From positions 22,878,001 through 22,942,000 of the forward strand of contig OZ210885.1 in assembly GCA_964658305.1 (NCBI GenBank): a DNA stretch of 64,000 bases, written 5' to 3'. Both the position numbers and the translations under genes were made by a program. This DNA is from Leptogorgia sarmentosa (taxonomy: Eukaryota). Shown here one piece after another: positions 38,389 through 51,729 of this stretch. The notes under the pieces were generated by a model. That model was not told the origin of the DNA. It was given only the letters and a program-made list of their open reading frames with translations, and did no database searches. Numbering within the stretch: the first letter of the stretch is position 1; each line of letters begins with the position of its first letter.

Positions 38389-38720
38389 ATGGCTGAAGCT
38401 AAAGACAACAGTGAAGGAGTATCTCACATGCAGTCGACAGTACAAGAAGTATTCTCGATGTTTAAGTCCTACCTAGAACATCGAAGAAAAAAGTAAGCAA
38501 ATTGAATCGAAAGGAAAAGTCGAAAAAGATGTCATAAAGTTGACGTTTACAGGCAACCAAAAGCAATACGAAGAATACGAGTCTTCATTGTTAGAAGAAT
38601 ATGATTTGGATTCCGAAGCGCATTTGAAAGGCAATAGAATCGGCGGGCCGTAAGCAAAAAGGTGAACTCAACAAAGGACAACAGAAATAAAAAAGGACAA
38701 AGAACGAGGATACGGATCAG
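38389..38720 (+). pseudogene. Possible degenerate DIRS/Ngaro gag fragment
   Basis: Reads MAEAKDN..VQEVFSMFKSYLE and then, after a frameshift, LTFTGNQKQYE, resembling the F..KGN.KQF motif of DIRS-group gag. Confidence 0.35.
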
Positions 38721-39197
38721 AAAATTCAGGCAATAGACTGATGTAATAATATAAAATTAGACAAAGGTCTTACCTGCAGGATAATTGTGATTCTCCGAGT
38801 ATAATACGCAGCACCAAGGATTCATTATGCATATTTCGCAACGGTTCAAAGTCTTTGTTATGCAAATTCAGCCCTTCCCAAGTTGTCTTGATGAGCGGGC
38901 ATACTCACAAGAAGAGATGGGTGCGAAGGCCTCGCCACCCGGGTGGGCGCACTAGTCTAGTGTTGGGCGGGAGAATGAATCCTTGGTGCTGCGTATTATA
39001 CTCGGAGAATAACAATTATCCTGCAGGTAAGACCTTTGTCTAATTTTATATTCTCCTTCGTATAATACTGCGCACTGCAGGATTCATTATGCATTGTTTA
39101 AAGTGCCAGCCAGAGCACCCAACGTAAGATAAACGTCTGCGCAGAGGTATATCAACTGGGCAAATTTATTAACCACACTGCCAATATACGCTACAAA

Positions 39198-40360
39198 TTA
39201 AACACTGGTACTAAGTAAGGTTTGTGCATAAACGGCGTCATTACTAACATCTTTCTTGTAAAACTTACAGAATGTCCCGGCTCTCTTCCAATCGGCCGTT
39301 TTTAAGATAATGTCTAGTGAGACACCAAGAGGGTCGGCCTTTGATGTAGAGGCAGATCTGAAGCTATGACCTTTAAATACAGCGGTGTCTATTCCTGCCA
39401 AAGCTAAAGCCATTTTTAACCAACGAGCAATGGTCGAAGCACACACGACTTTAAATGGCTGGCCATACGATAAGAACAATTTCTGAGTGTTCAAAGATTG
39501 TCTGGTGGGTTGAGTTCGAGCAATATACTGCGACACGGCCAAATATACACATAGGTGTCTATTGTCAGGAAACGCCGGTAACAAAAGGACTAGTGGACTC
39601 TTCCCTGGGCGGGATGTCTTTAAAATGTCCTGGACAACAAATTGTACGGTATCCTGCGTTTTAGACATAAAGTCAACACACAATGCGGCCAACGTCTGAC
39701 TTCGTTGTGCAGAAACTAAGGCGAGTAAAGCCACCGTCTTAAGAGTCAATTGCTTCAATGTTAATGTATTTAGTGGTTCCCACGACTCCAAAAACTTCAA
39801 CAAAATGTTAACATCCCAAGTCACAGTATACTTTGGTTGAGGCGGACGTGTCAGAAACATTCCCTTAAGTAAACGCGCAATAATAGGGTGTTCCCCTAAC
39901 AAGTCCCGTTGACTGGAGGCAAGATAGAAGATAAAGCTGACCTGTACGAGTTCACAGTAGAATACGCTTTATTTTCAACCTCAAACTGGTCCGTCAGAAA
40001 ATCACACACCACGCCTAAAGATGCTTGAACAGGATCCTCTTGTCTCTGACTACACCAGCTACAGAAGCACTTCCACGCTGCAGAATACTGCTTTTCTGTC
40101 CCTGGTCGCCATGATTTGAGCACGTACTGGGTAGCTCTTGGTGAAATGCCGTTACTTTGGAGTCGAGAGCTGAGACACGCCACACGACTAGGTGCATTGA
40201 TGCCCGTAGAGGATGCAACATGTCCCTGTCTTGAGGATGGGACAACAGTTTGGTCCACTGAGGTAGTAGAAGTGGACGAGCACACAGTTGATGTAGGACA
40301 ACAGGGTACCAGTGAGCTGTGGGCCACCAAGGTGCTATTATGATGGCCTCCTGCACACAA
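39198..40360 (-). pseudogene. DIRS tyrosine recombinase (SAM-like domain plus catalytic domain), one frameshift near 39900
   Basis: SWRPGTEKQY, YSTVNSYRSALS, SAQRSQ, KTSRPG, GHSFRSASTS, ADW..FCKFY. Confidence 0.88.
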
Positions 40361-41810
40361 TCTCGTTTCAATTTCATTAACACGCGGCCCATTAAACTGA
40401 AAGGAGGAAACAAGTAAGGCTTAAATTCGTGCCAGGAAAAGGCATCTACAGCCTTTGCTCCCGGGTCTGGTTTCCACGATACATAAGTGGGAATTTGATG
40501 ATTAAGCCTGGAGGCAAACAAGTCTATGTTTGGTCTAAAAAAACGACTGGATTATCCATTGAAACACAGTGGGGTGGAGTTTCCACTCTAAATTGATTTT
40601 GTGACCCCTTGAAAGACGATCTGCTTCAAGATTCGTCTTTCCTGGAATATGAAACGCTTCAATGACACATGAACGCTCTAAGCAGATAGCGGTTAACTCG
40701 AGCCAGTTAATATGCTGGGATTTCTCTTCGTGGGACCACGTCCCGTTAGTAACCCCCAGTTCAGAAACAACACCCCAACCTAACAATGAGGCATCGGTTG
40801 TTAACGTGATTACGGTAGCAGGCTTGATAATGTTAGTGCCGTTATACATACGGCTCTTATTCATGAACCATAATAGGTCCTGTTTTACAAGGGTTGACAA
40901 GGAAATCACTGCATCATAATTGTCATTGTTTTCACGTAAATACTGGGCTTTGATCCGCTCTAAATTTCGGTAATACAATCTCGCCGGTTTAATGGCTGGA
41001 AAAACCGACACAATTAAACCGGTTACACTTGCGAGATCGCGCAATGTACAGAGTGAGGAATTATATAACCGCGTAACCTTGCTGATTAAGTCAACGATCT
41101 TATTCTCTGGTAAAGATACGACCATGCTAACAGAATTAATTTTAAAATTCGAGTGTCTGTACTACGATTCGTAGCTCGTTGAGGGCGGCATCAGCTGAAT
41201 GGCTTAATGTAGCTAAATCGTCTAAATAAATGACGATCTTAATTCCCTTACTTCGGAGCTCAGCCACAATAGGCTTCATTACCTTTGTAAATACCCTAGG
41301 CGCAGAGGAAAGTCCAAAGGGCAGACAAGTAAACACATATAAATTTGAATTCCATTCAAATCTAAGGTATTTAAAATGTGACTCGTGAATAGGAATGGCA
41401 AGATAGGCGTCTTTTAAATCAATCGTAGTCATAAATTCCCCACCTGTAAGCAATCCAACAGGTGATTTAAACTTTCCATCTTAAAGTGATGGTATTTAAC
41501 AGACTCATTAAGAGGTTTTAAGTTAATAACGGGGCGAAGCTCGCCACCTTTCTTAGGGACCGTAAACAAATTCGACAAAAATTGTTTTGAATGAAAGCAG
41601 GCCCATTTAATTGCCCCTTTTTGCAACAACTTCTCAATTTCAATATCAGTTAACTGCCTCGCAGAGGAGTTAAACCTGATTTTACCAGGGAGTTTACGCT
41701 GCACTGGCTCACATTGAAATTCAATTTTATAGCCGCTCACGGCCTGTAATATCCAATTATCGGTTGTTAAACGTTTCCATGCTTCCCTAAATTTACGTAA
41801 ACGACCCCCT
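40015..41810 (-). pseudogene. pol: DIRS pol: RT, RNase H and methyltransferase-like domain; frameshifted and partly deleted
   Basis: RPVINLKPLN, IDLKDAY, LPFGLSSAPRVFTK, YLDD; TTDASLLGWG, HINWLEL, ADRLSR; FASRLN..DAFSW..YLFPPF..APWWP. Confidence 0.88.
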
Positions 41811-41817
41811 ACCTTTG

Positions 41818-42803
41818 CTACTGTTTGGACGTTCCTGATCTCCGTGGTGCTACCGATAACTGTGCTCCCCGATATGGAGGTGTTCGGTAGTTTAAACGAG
41901 CACGACGACCGTCATAGCGAGGTACTTTAAAATCGCGCTGAGATGGCGTAGGTTTCGAGTCAAACTTGCGCTTGTTACTCACGCTCTTGGCAGCCATTCG
42001 CTTAACTTGCGAGATATTACGAATACTTTGGGGCAACTCGTCCCCAAAGAGCATCGTAGTGATTGGCTGTGATTCATGGCATAACAAGTTGTAGGCCGGC
42101 GCCACTTCAGACTTGAGAAGCTCCCGTCGCCTCATAGAGAATTCATAAACAGAATTACCCAAGAGAGTTAAGGCATCGACCGCCAAATCGTAGATATCCG
42201 AGACTGGAATAAATTCCTGCCGGTCTTGCTTGGCTTTTACCACTCTATCGGTGAACATGATAACCGGAATAACACCCTTTATTAAATTCTTTTGAAAGGC
42301 CTGAAACGACGCTTCTCGGCCCTTGGTTTTATCTTGTAGATCGTCCCATAGTTCTGGATTTACTCGAGGAGCCTCAGAAACTCACAATTCTCTGGTCTTA
42401 AATACTTCTTTTGGATACTTGTGAACTACTCTTTGGCAGGTTTCTTAGTACATGAGCTGTTAATTTGCTTGGCGACGCCTTCCATGACTTTAGGACCACA
42501 GTCATCGGAATCCTTGTATAAATCATCATACGGCAACTCCGCCTCAGCAAGGCTTTTACCGTTTGATGCTTGGGCGAGACTCTCAGTCGGATCGAAAACC
42601 GAACTGGTCTCATCTTGATTTACTTCCTCGATGTCAATGTCGATAGGTCCGATGTCTGTAACTTGCGTTAGTTCGGCGATCTGATGTGACATTCGTTCCA
42701 TATTACTGGTTAACAAGTCTAACCTGGCTTCCATAGTAAGCCCAGAACGATCAGGAGGAGGTTCGTCCTCAGGATTGATCACCTGAGGTGTTCGTTCCGT
42801 CAT
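41818..42803 (-). pseudogene. gag: DIRS gag-like ORF1, frameshifted
   Basis: Lies upstream of RT; PRVNPELW, DALTLLGN..RRRELLK and LFGDEL are typical of DIRS1 gag. Confidence 0.75.
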
Positions 42804-45800
42804 TTATGTGATAGTTTTAATTTCGACCTGGATTTAATGCACGCGAAAAAAAGAAAACTTGGGAAGGGCTGGCCGTGATTTTATATAGGGCTGAATTTGC
42901 ATAACAAAGACTTTGAACCGTGACGACTTGGCAATTAGTGTTGCGAAATATGCATAATGAATCCTGCAGTGCGCAGTATTATACGAAGGAGAATAATGGC
43001 ATATGCCAGGAAATTTCGATGGAAATTTTGTACTATTTGGAAGGAAATTTTAGGGGGGTGAAGCACTGAGCTATACTTAATATATCTGGAGATCAGGCCG
43101 TAATACCACGCCGTACAAATTAGTGTCCCCAAAAAGATGGCGGATTTTAGCCAAATTTACGTCATTATGACGTAGTAAGTCCCCTATTTCAGGGGACTAA
43201 CCACTGACCAAATAACATTGCCGAAAGTGAGCAGTTTTCTCACCCCCGTCTGAAAATAAAATACTAAAATACCAGCTAACATCACGTCAAAGTTTTTAAT
43301 TCAAAACAATATTTCGTTGATTATCAACATGCCGCGTTTTTGCTATGCTTACGGATGTCACAACTCCTTTGACAACAAAGAACTGTCGTCACACTGGTAA
43401 GGAAATTTTATTTTATGCTTATACATCGTTCGAGACGTTTTTCTGCTAAGACAGGTTTTGTTAAAGGTCGTATGTATGCTTAAATTTATTTACAACAGTC
43501 TCTTAAGGCCAGTTTACAATATCAAAGTTTCTGCAATCACAGTAGGAATCTTGCATGGGTGAAACTTGAGGTTATTTTCACCAGATTTTTACAATTACAC
43601 TGTTCGTGAAACATGTACAGTACATTTATTGTTGATTAATATTAAACAGGAATGCTATGCTGGTCATGTGGCAAGCAAGGCCATACAAGATTCGCATGCC
43701 CCCAAAAAGATGGGAGGAAGCAAGGTTAAGTGCACCACTGGCATGGGTGCCATGACATTGTTTTTAATAATAACTAAGTTTTAATAATGATTTCTTCAAT
43801 AATAATATTGTTTTAAATAACTAATTAATATAATTAATTCATTTGTTAATAGTTGTTGTACATAGTTTTTAATAATTTGTTCTCCAATGTTCAGTAGCTG
43901 AAATAATAAGTAAGTTAAAATTTAATCTGATTACTAATGTATTAATTTGTCTCAATCAATTCTATGCATATCTAATTCTCTTGAATGCAAATTGATGAGT
44001 GCAATCACATTTGCCACATAACTGGACCATTTCACATTGATTTTGAAGTTGAAAGCATTAGGCCGTTGGCTGTGCGGCCAAAATGTGGTTGAAATCAAAA
44101 TCCGTCGCTCCCGTCGCGGTGCTAAAATATTTTCACAGGAATAATGAGGATAAGGTACGCTGATTTTAATTATCTTTGTTCCCACACGCGAAAACCCGCT
44201 GTTTTTTCACAATACGATGCCAAAGTTCAATATTTTCATCTGTAAAGCGCCATCTTGAATTCCGCGGTATCTTTGATCTTTCGGTTTTATTACTTGAAGT
44301 ATCGCATGGAACGCGGGCTCACAAGCAACTAAAATTCATAAATATGAATGAACAACCCAGCTTTACGCTCTCTCCGCAGCATTGTTTTATACATTTCAAA
44401 GGTAAATTTGGAAAATTGTGTCCATTAACAGATTATACAAGCTAATACCATTGCTAAAATCGTAATTGAAATATTATTAAAGATGAAAAAGAGACTCGAG
44501 TCACTTGTCAAATGTTTCGTACGAGCCTGTCAAGTGCTAAACACCTGTCACTCGTATTTTATTATGGACAATACTGTACAATTTGTAGATTAATTTCCTA
44601 CTGACATAAATAATTGCTCGCTAAATGTTTGTATCAGAAAACGTAGTACACTAGAAGGTTTCTTCCTCTGTATCACTTCCCAGGTCGTCCGAATCATATT
44701 CATCGAGGCTACCACTTTCCTTGGATTCATGATGACAATTTGTACATCCAACACACTGGCACATTTCATTGCACTGGTTGTTTGCCTTTTTACACGAGCA
44801 TCTTAAGGTTGAACAACCTGTCTTACATTTACAGTTGCAATCTTTGAGCAGCACATCAGGAGCGCATTTCTTTGTCATCCATACTGCATCAATATTTCCT
44901 TCTTCATCAATCTTCCATCCATGATCAGTTGATGAAGGTGCGTCAATTATTGCTGTTGCTGCTCTTTTCCATATTGCAGCCTGGTAACTTGCTCGCTGAA
45001 TGTGTTGTAAGAGACAATCTTTGTTTGGAGGCAATGCTGCATCAGAAAATTTACCCATCCTGAACATCTCATATCTTGCTTTGTTGACACATGTGGTATC
45101 CTTAGCCCCTCAAGGTTTTCCTTAAGGGATTCATCAACCTCGAACTCCTCACCAAGGTGCACAAATGTCTCGAGAGCTGTATTGTCATTCGAAACCATTT
45201 TCCATGTTGATATCTTACTTCGACCATAAAACGAGCTTGTGGAATCGCACCCTAGAAATGGTAAAGAACACATAATATTGATCCAGCGATGCAAAAGCTG
45301 TTGATTTGTTAGAAACTACATAGACCTTAATATTACATCTAAGCCATCGCAATTACTATTATAATATAATAATAATTAGATAATAACTTAGGTAATTGCT
45401 TGGGTAATTGCTTACCTGTATATGCATGAAAACCAATCAATGCTTTGCTTTCTTTCTCACCCATTTGCTGTTGAACACACTTGACATCTATGATACGTGT
45501 TTTCTCGTTCAAACCGGTTTCAAAGAATAGTTCAGAGTGGATAATGTGGCATAAGGAAAGCATAATGATGAAGACATCGGTATCTGGGCTCTTTATGACA
45601 ATGCTTCCATGTGACTGAGACGCATGATTTGCATGTAGTAGCATTCTTGTGTCGGCTTCTTCGTGGTCACAGGATAATCCCTCAATTTCTCGATTAATGT
45701 TAGGTTCGTTGTCTTGTCCTGGCTGAAGGCGATGGCACTTGTCGTCATGGCAAACGTAAACCACAATACCACTGAACATGATCGATGTGTACGTGCACCA

Positions 45801-47217
45801 TTGTGCAAACAAAAACCGAATGAGTGCTCCTTTGTTTCGACCATGCTTAAGAAACTTGCCCCATTGTGCCGGTAGTTTTTGGTCAGCTCCATAAATATTG
45901 ATTATTGCTAATCCACCACTTGCCCGTTTATTCCGTTCGAGGTTTTTAATGCTCACAACAGGATATCTATCTATCACGAAATCGACACGTGAAGATTTAT
46001 GGTAAATTGCCAACTTTATCATTCTCAAAAACAGTTCCTCTGCAAATTCTCCAAACGATGCGGGTAGCTTCTTTGTTGCCTGGATGAGTGCCATTCCATC
46101 GAGAATGATTGCGCTTTCCTCGGGAACATTGTCGACTGTGTGATTTTGAAAACTTTTTTCGATTACCGTCATCAGCTTGCTTTTTTGGGTCTTGTGCAAG
46201 GTGCCCATCTCGGTTGAAAGAGATAAAGGAAATGGACCCAAGGAATAAGTAAGCACTTCCTTCATGTCTACGTTTCTACTTTGTGCAAGCAAGAGCATTC
46301 GAGCGAACAGGTTACGGTTGTTCTTAAGGGTGGCCTCCGTACCTTTTGTTGAACTAACTTTAACTTTCTTAGCCATTGAGGAAAAGGTTTTTAATTTAAG
46401 CTTGGGAATCGTTGAGAAGATATCGGGCTCTGGAACTAGTAGCCTCTCTTTCAGGAAAGCAATGACGCATTCTTCACCTCGTTGTTTTGTTCTCAGTAAG
46501 TCCTCCTTTACATCTGGTGTAGCTGTTAGCCCACTTGACAAGTGAATCATCTCTGTTATTTCGGTATCAGTTTCAAAAGGATTTACCATACTCTGAAGCG
46601 TGTTTACGATACTTAAGGTGGTCATGCACCTTTCTGGCTGTTTTTTTCAATTTACAAGGCTAGAGCTTCACAAGACCATTTTTTGAAAGGGCACAGTCAT
46701 AAAAATCAAAATCTAAAAAAATTTTTTTTGCTACCTCATTAATTATGCTAATTACCAACATGGCGGCCAATTAATTAGCGAAATAATAGCATCGCATGAA
46801 ACATGATAACACCCAGGGTGCATTCCATGCACGAAAATTCGGATATCTCCGGCGTGGAGTTATACTGTTCCTGGCGTAACGGCGTACTATCACTCAGATG
46901 TTGGCGTACTGGCGTTATAGACTTATTAAAAACTAAATAGAAATCATGAAAAACTTTGGAAATCACAAAATTGAAACCTGCTTTAACGTAGTATAATTTA
47001 ATATTGTATAATGTAGAAAAACAAAAACATTCCTACCTTTATTTATTTAATATGCGAATAACGCGATTTTTTTGTCGCGTCGAATTATTCTCGTTTTACG
47101 CACTGAGCTGTTTTACGCCATAGCGTCAATTTTTCGCTTTTATTGTCGCTTCGCTTTTTCCAACAATTTATTCATTTGAAATTTAAATGAGATTCATAAG
47201 AGAAAAAATGGATTAAC

Positions 47218-50200
47218 ATGGACGAGGTGAGTGGTTTAGAATTTTTGTATAATTTGTTCATCTCTTGTTTATCTCTTTAAATTTCAAATCAACTGTATTA
47301 ATACTAAAAATCATCGAATTTTAAGGCAATACCTTTGTCTATACTGTGTCATGTTTGTAAAAAAGAAGTTAATGGAAGTCATAGCTGTAGCAGATGTTCC
47401 AGATTTGTGCATCTAATTTGTGGAAAACCTGTGGGTGAGGAAGGTTATGGACAGAAAGTCGTTTGCTTTTCATGCGAAAAAGGTAGTTTGTTTGCCCTTT
47501 TAAAAAAAAATTGTGCACGACTTACAATAAAACGCTCCCCATTAATGATGAATCCGAGTTAATTTAGCGTGTAAATTTCTAAGGGAACGACGAGAGGAAA
47601 ACGGAAGTCAAAAAATCTTCTTCAACAAAGCGACAATTGACTTTGGATTGGGGCAAAGACAGTATATCTTCCAGCAATTTAGAAGAACCTAGAAAAAAAC
47701 CAAAGTGCGAGATAAAAGCCAGGGAGCTGAAGGAAAAGCATGTCTGCTTAGAATGCCTACAGCTCAGTCTTGAAGGCAAGCACGAGGAGAGATTCGCTAG
47801 CATTTGTCGATTAGACACCTCAAGCGTCCTAAGACACAAGGAAAGGTGGCACAAGTTACCAGAAAGAAAAGCTTGTACTTTCGTTCCAACATCATCTCCA
47901 GCAGCTTGCAGGATGAGAGAAAAATACAAAAATATCAGACGATTGTGTGACAGTAAAAAACAAGAAATAGATGATGGCCAAAAGACGAAAAATCCCCAGC
48001 GTGAAACTCCTAAGACAGATGAATTGAATAAACCACCCCAACAATTCTTGGTATCAGAAATTCCCTCCACGCAAACTACTTTACTGGATTTAAAAGCTTC
48101 AGATGAGAGTTGTTCGAGTGAAGGAGCATCATTAAAGCAGTGTTTAGACGCCATTTCCTCTCTAAGTTTAAAAGTTGACACTATTTCCAAACAGACGGCA
48201 ACGCTACAGCACTTAGCTTGTGAGAATACTGAAACGAGAGATTCTATTCTCGCAATGAGAGAAACTGAAAATATTATTCAAATGAATGATACCACGCCTC
48301 TCCTTGAGTGGTTCTATGATGAGGATACTGAATGTGGTGTATTGCGATGTGCACCTTGTTATGAGCTTCACGTAGCTGCTAAACCTACCCTTCGATCTTT
48401 AACACCATTTAGAGCCAATAAATTGTTAAATCCCAAAGGTAATGGAACACTGTCCACGGGGATGTTTTTTGATAAAGATACCTCACAGCATCTTATTCGC
48501 GGCCATCATCAAGTTTGGTATCATCATAAGAAACGTTGCATTGATCATCTGTGTCTGGTCGGAAGTGAATCGTCGAAGCATCACAAAGCAATGGAAGAAT
48601 ATGTGAAGAAAAAGGAAGAATTGAAACGTGATACAACAGCCTGCAGAAATCTCTTTCGTGCGGCAGTTGCAGATCTCAAGCTTGGTGCTGCTGCAAGGCA
48701 TTTTGAAACCCTGCTATCACTTTTGGCTTGCTGCTCTGTGGAAATAGGAAAAATGGGACATGGTCGCAATAACTTCAACGACATTATTTACTGTCTTGAA
48801 AAAATCGTCGATGAAAGAATCAAATCTTGGCTCTCTACTCCCCTTCCTTCCACTTTGCTTCCACCCCATTATTGGGCGACTGCAGACAAAGCGACACCAT
48901 CTCGTACCACAAATCAGGCCGTTCTCATTGTTGCAAGGAGCAAAGATGGCAAACCTTGTCCTATTCCGGTTGAAGCACCAGCAGTATACACGGAATTTAA
49001 AGAGGCTTCTTACGATATGCTTGCAAAGCAGATTTTAAATGGAATATCTGATCACTTCGGTACGGATGCTCTATCGCAGCTGTGTGGGGTTGCAGCTGAT
49101 GGCCCCTATCAGGCACGTGGCTTTAAGGAATACTTTCGTCAAGCGCTTGGTTTAAACGATGACGAGGATATCGCGTTACCAATAACCTGGGACACAGCCC
49201 ATCTTCTAAATCTCGCTGTCACTGATGTTCGAGATAGCAATACCAAGTCAGGATCGTTCTTTAGGCAGTTTATTAAACGCTGCAATGTCTTCAATCACGT
49301 CCTGGCTAACGGAAAAGGTTTCGCATTTTTAGAAATGGTCGATAAAAATGCAAGACGACCCGTTTCGTATGCAACGCAGAGATTTGCAAGTTCGTCCTTT
49401 GAGCAGTGGATCAAAATAGAGAAAAGTTTTGAATCGTTTTGGAAAGCGTTTGATCATCTCCACCCGAACCGCAGTGAAGAGGAAGAATGGCAGTATATGA
49501 TTGGAGGCTCTGATTTCGTTTGCGATCTTCTGGCTCTTCTGGATATTTTGCAACCTGTCGTTGAGTTAATGCTATCAGCCCAGTCACTTGATACTCCAGT
49601 TTGGAAACTTAAGCTGTGGTGGCCAAAAGTTGAAGCACAGCTAAAAAGAGCTACAGATGGGGATCCCCAGTTTTTCAAAAGAATTAACGATGTAAAACCT
49701 GATCTTCAGCCAGGAGGTGTTTTCAAAGGAGTAGAGCTCTTACCGGGATGGCTGATATTGAAAGATGATGGAAGAGATGCAGGAAAAGATCGTTTTACCT
49801 GGCAAATGCGGGAAGAGTCAGATGTTATTGAAGATCATAAAAGGTTTGCAAAAGACCTGGTTGGCTCGTTAGAGAAACGGATCCAGTCGGTTCTTCAGGA
49901 TGAGGTGATGGCGGAGCTAGAAGTATTTGACGCAGCAAATCTTGTGAACCTCCATTGTGGAACCTCCGTTGGTGAAAAAATCACATTCTTTCGACCAGAT
50001 GGAGAGGTTGAAGAATATGGCGTCGAGCAGTGCAAGAAACTGATGAAAGTGGTGTCCAAGTTACCCCATATTCGATCTTCAGGCTTGAACTTTGATTTAC
50101 GCATGGCGCATTCCTACATGGATCGTTTGAAAAGAGCAGTTCAAGATGGTATTTGGAAACGTCTTTGTCCAGATTGGTTCAATTTTGTTAATGATCGTGA

Positions 50201-50714
50201 CAAAGAAGAAATCATTCCCTCCGATATGTTGGTGGAGATCAGACCGAAGGATTCAGTCGAGCTTCAGTCAATGTATGTGTTGCAGTTTTCTTCAGGAAAG
50301 AGCTGCGCAGTCAAGCTAAACGAGTCATGCTTTTATGAGTCTTTTTATTCCAACAAAGACCTGTACGAAATTGCAAAACCTCCGACGTGCGTTTTACTCG
50401 ACATTGCTTTGGCAAAAGGCGGACCTGAGGCGATTGCTGAGAGCTTTTACAACTCAATGCGTAATCAGCAGCAGTCTGGTGGTCAAGCTAACGTTTCTCT
50501 GGTGCGACGTACAAAAGTTAATTGGTGTTTGCCTTCCATTAGCCTTTGCAAAAATATCATCAAAGAAAGTGTATCTTTGTATCTAAAAGGAGACAAGCAC
50601 ATCAAGCCACATCGTGTCCTGGCATTCTTTTCGTCACGTGCGAATCAGTACGATGTGTCAAAAGTTGTTGACCGTGTAAATACTGAAGAAGGACGCTGCC
50701 CATTCTTGCCTTGA
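47218..50714 (+). CDS. Putative hAT-like DDE transposase, ~1098 aa, with an N-terminal PHD-like Cys/His finger; 3 exons
   Basis: Exons 47218-47226 (MDE), 47326-47482 (CHVC..CSRCSRFVHLICG..EEGYGQKVVCFSC) and 47584-50714, GT-AG and phase-consistent, no stops. Candidate catalytic motifs TADKAT, AADGPY, WDTAHLLNLAV, TQRF and EAIAESFY. Confidence 0.75.
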
Positions 50715-50875
50715 AAATATCATCAAAGAAAGTGTATCTTTGTATCTAAAAGGAGACAAGCACATCAAGCCACATCGTGTCCTGGCATTCTTTTCGTCAC
50801 GTGCGAATCAGTACGATGTGTCAAAAGTTGTTGACCGTGTAAATACTGAAGAAGGACGCTGCCCATTCTTGCCTT
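50551..50875 (+). repeat. Perfect 162-bp tandem duplication of the transposase 3' end
   Basis: 50551-50712 equals 50714-50875, with one extra G at 50713. Confidence 0.9.
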
Positions 50876-51729
50876 CTTGGCAGATTAAAGAAGACTCTAC
50901 TATGTACCAATACTATATATGATGAATAATGATACTATATTTGTTGAAAACACGATACGTGCAGTTGTGCACACTTGAGTGTTGAAGCACAATGTTGACC
51001 AATTATTGCAATTAATTGGTTTAAATTTCCATATAATAATGTTAATAACTCTTATTTTTTACCATTGACATTATTTTGATGGCAGTCATTGCACTTTACC
51101 ATTGACATTTGATGGCAAAATTAAAATAAAATTTTTGATGTTTAAAGGCAATAGTAATCCGGTAATTTTGTCCCACATTTTCCGGCTAGCGTCATTTCTT
51201 GGCGTGCAAAAATAATATATTCAAAAAACTTCGGCGTGGCGATTTCACAGAATGCCCAAAATTAGAAAGTTTCGAACTATATTGGCGTAATCAAGGGCAG
51301 TTGTTGGCGTACCTCCGGCGTAGAGTTTACACGGAATGCACCCTGGGATAACACAAACACAATTTATCAGAAAAACATAAATGATATATATTTGGAAAGC
51401 TTATAACCTAATCTAGAATCTGACATTATTTATTTTTACCTTAAACTATTTCTTTAAAAAAAATTGTTTCTAATTACCATATTAGGCAAAAATGGAATTT
51501 TTCTATGCCTAATTAGGTAATTAAACCTTAATATTACCTTGCTAAATGAACTTATCAAAATTAAAATAATGTCAGTAACTAGATAAGGTTATAAGGCATA
51601 AACATACCAAGTTTCAGCTTTCTACAAGAAATATTAGTGGAATTATGCTGCCACAAAGATTACATAAAGTGCCAAAGTCCGCAAAATGAGAAAATGGTAC
51701 TTTAAAGTTTTGTTTATTTGCAGGATGGT

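Larger units (their letters stand above)
38748..42994 (-). mobile_element. DIRS1-type tyrosine-recombinase retrotransposon, full length
   Basis: Inverted terminal repeats (~38819-38884 vs ~42856-42964). The internal complementary region 38975-39094 is complementary to both outer termini and reproduces the circle junction CTAATTTTATATTCTCCTTCG. No TSD. Confidence 0.93.
46813..51346 (+). mobile_element. Divergent hAT-like DNA transposon, apparently autonomous
   Basis: TIR CCAGGGTGCATTCC(A/G)TG. 8-bp TSD GATAACAC (46805-46812, 51347-51354). Clusters of GGCGT motifs near both ends. Confidence 0.88.
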
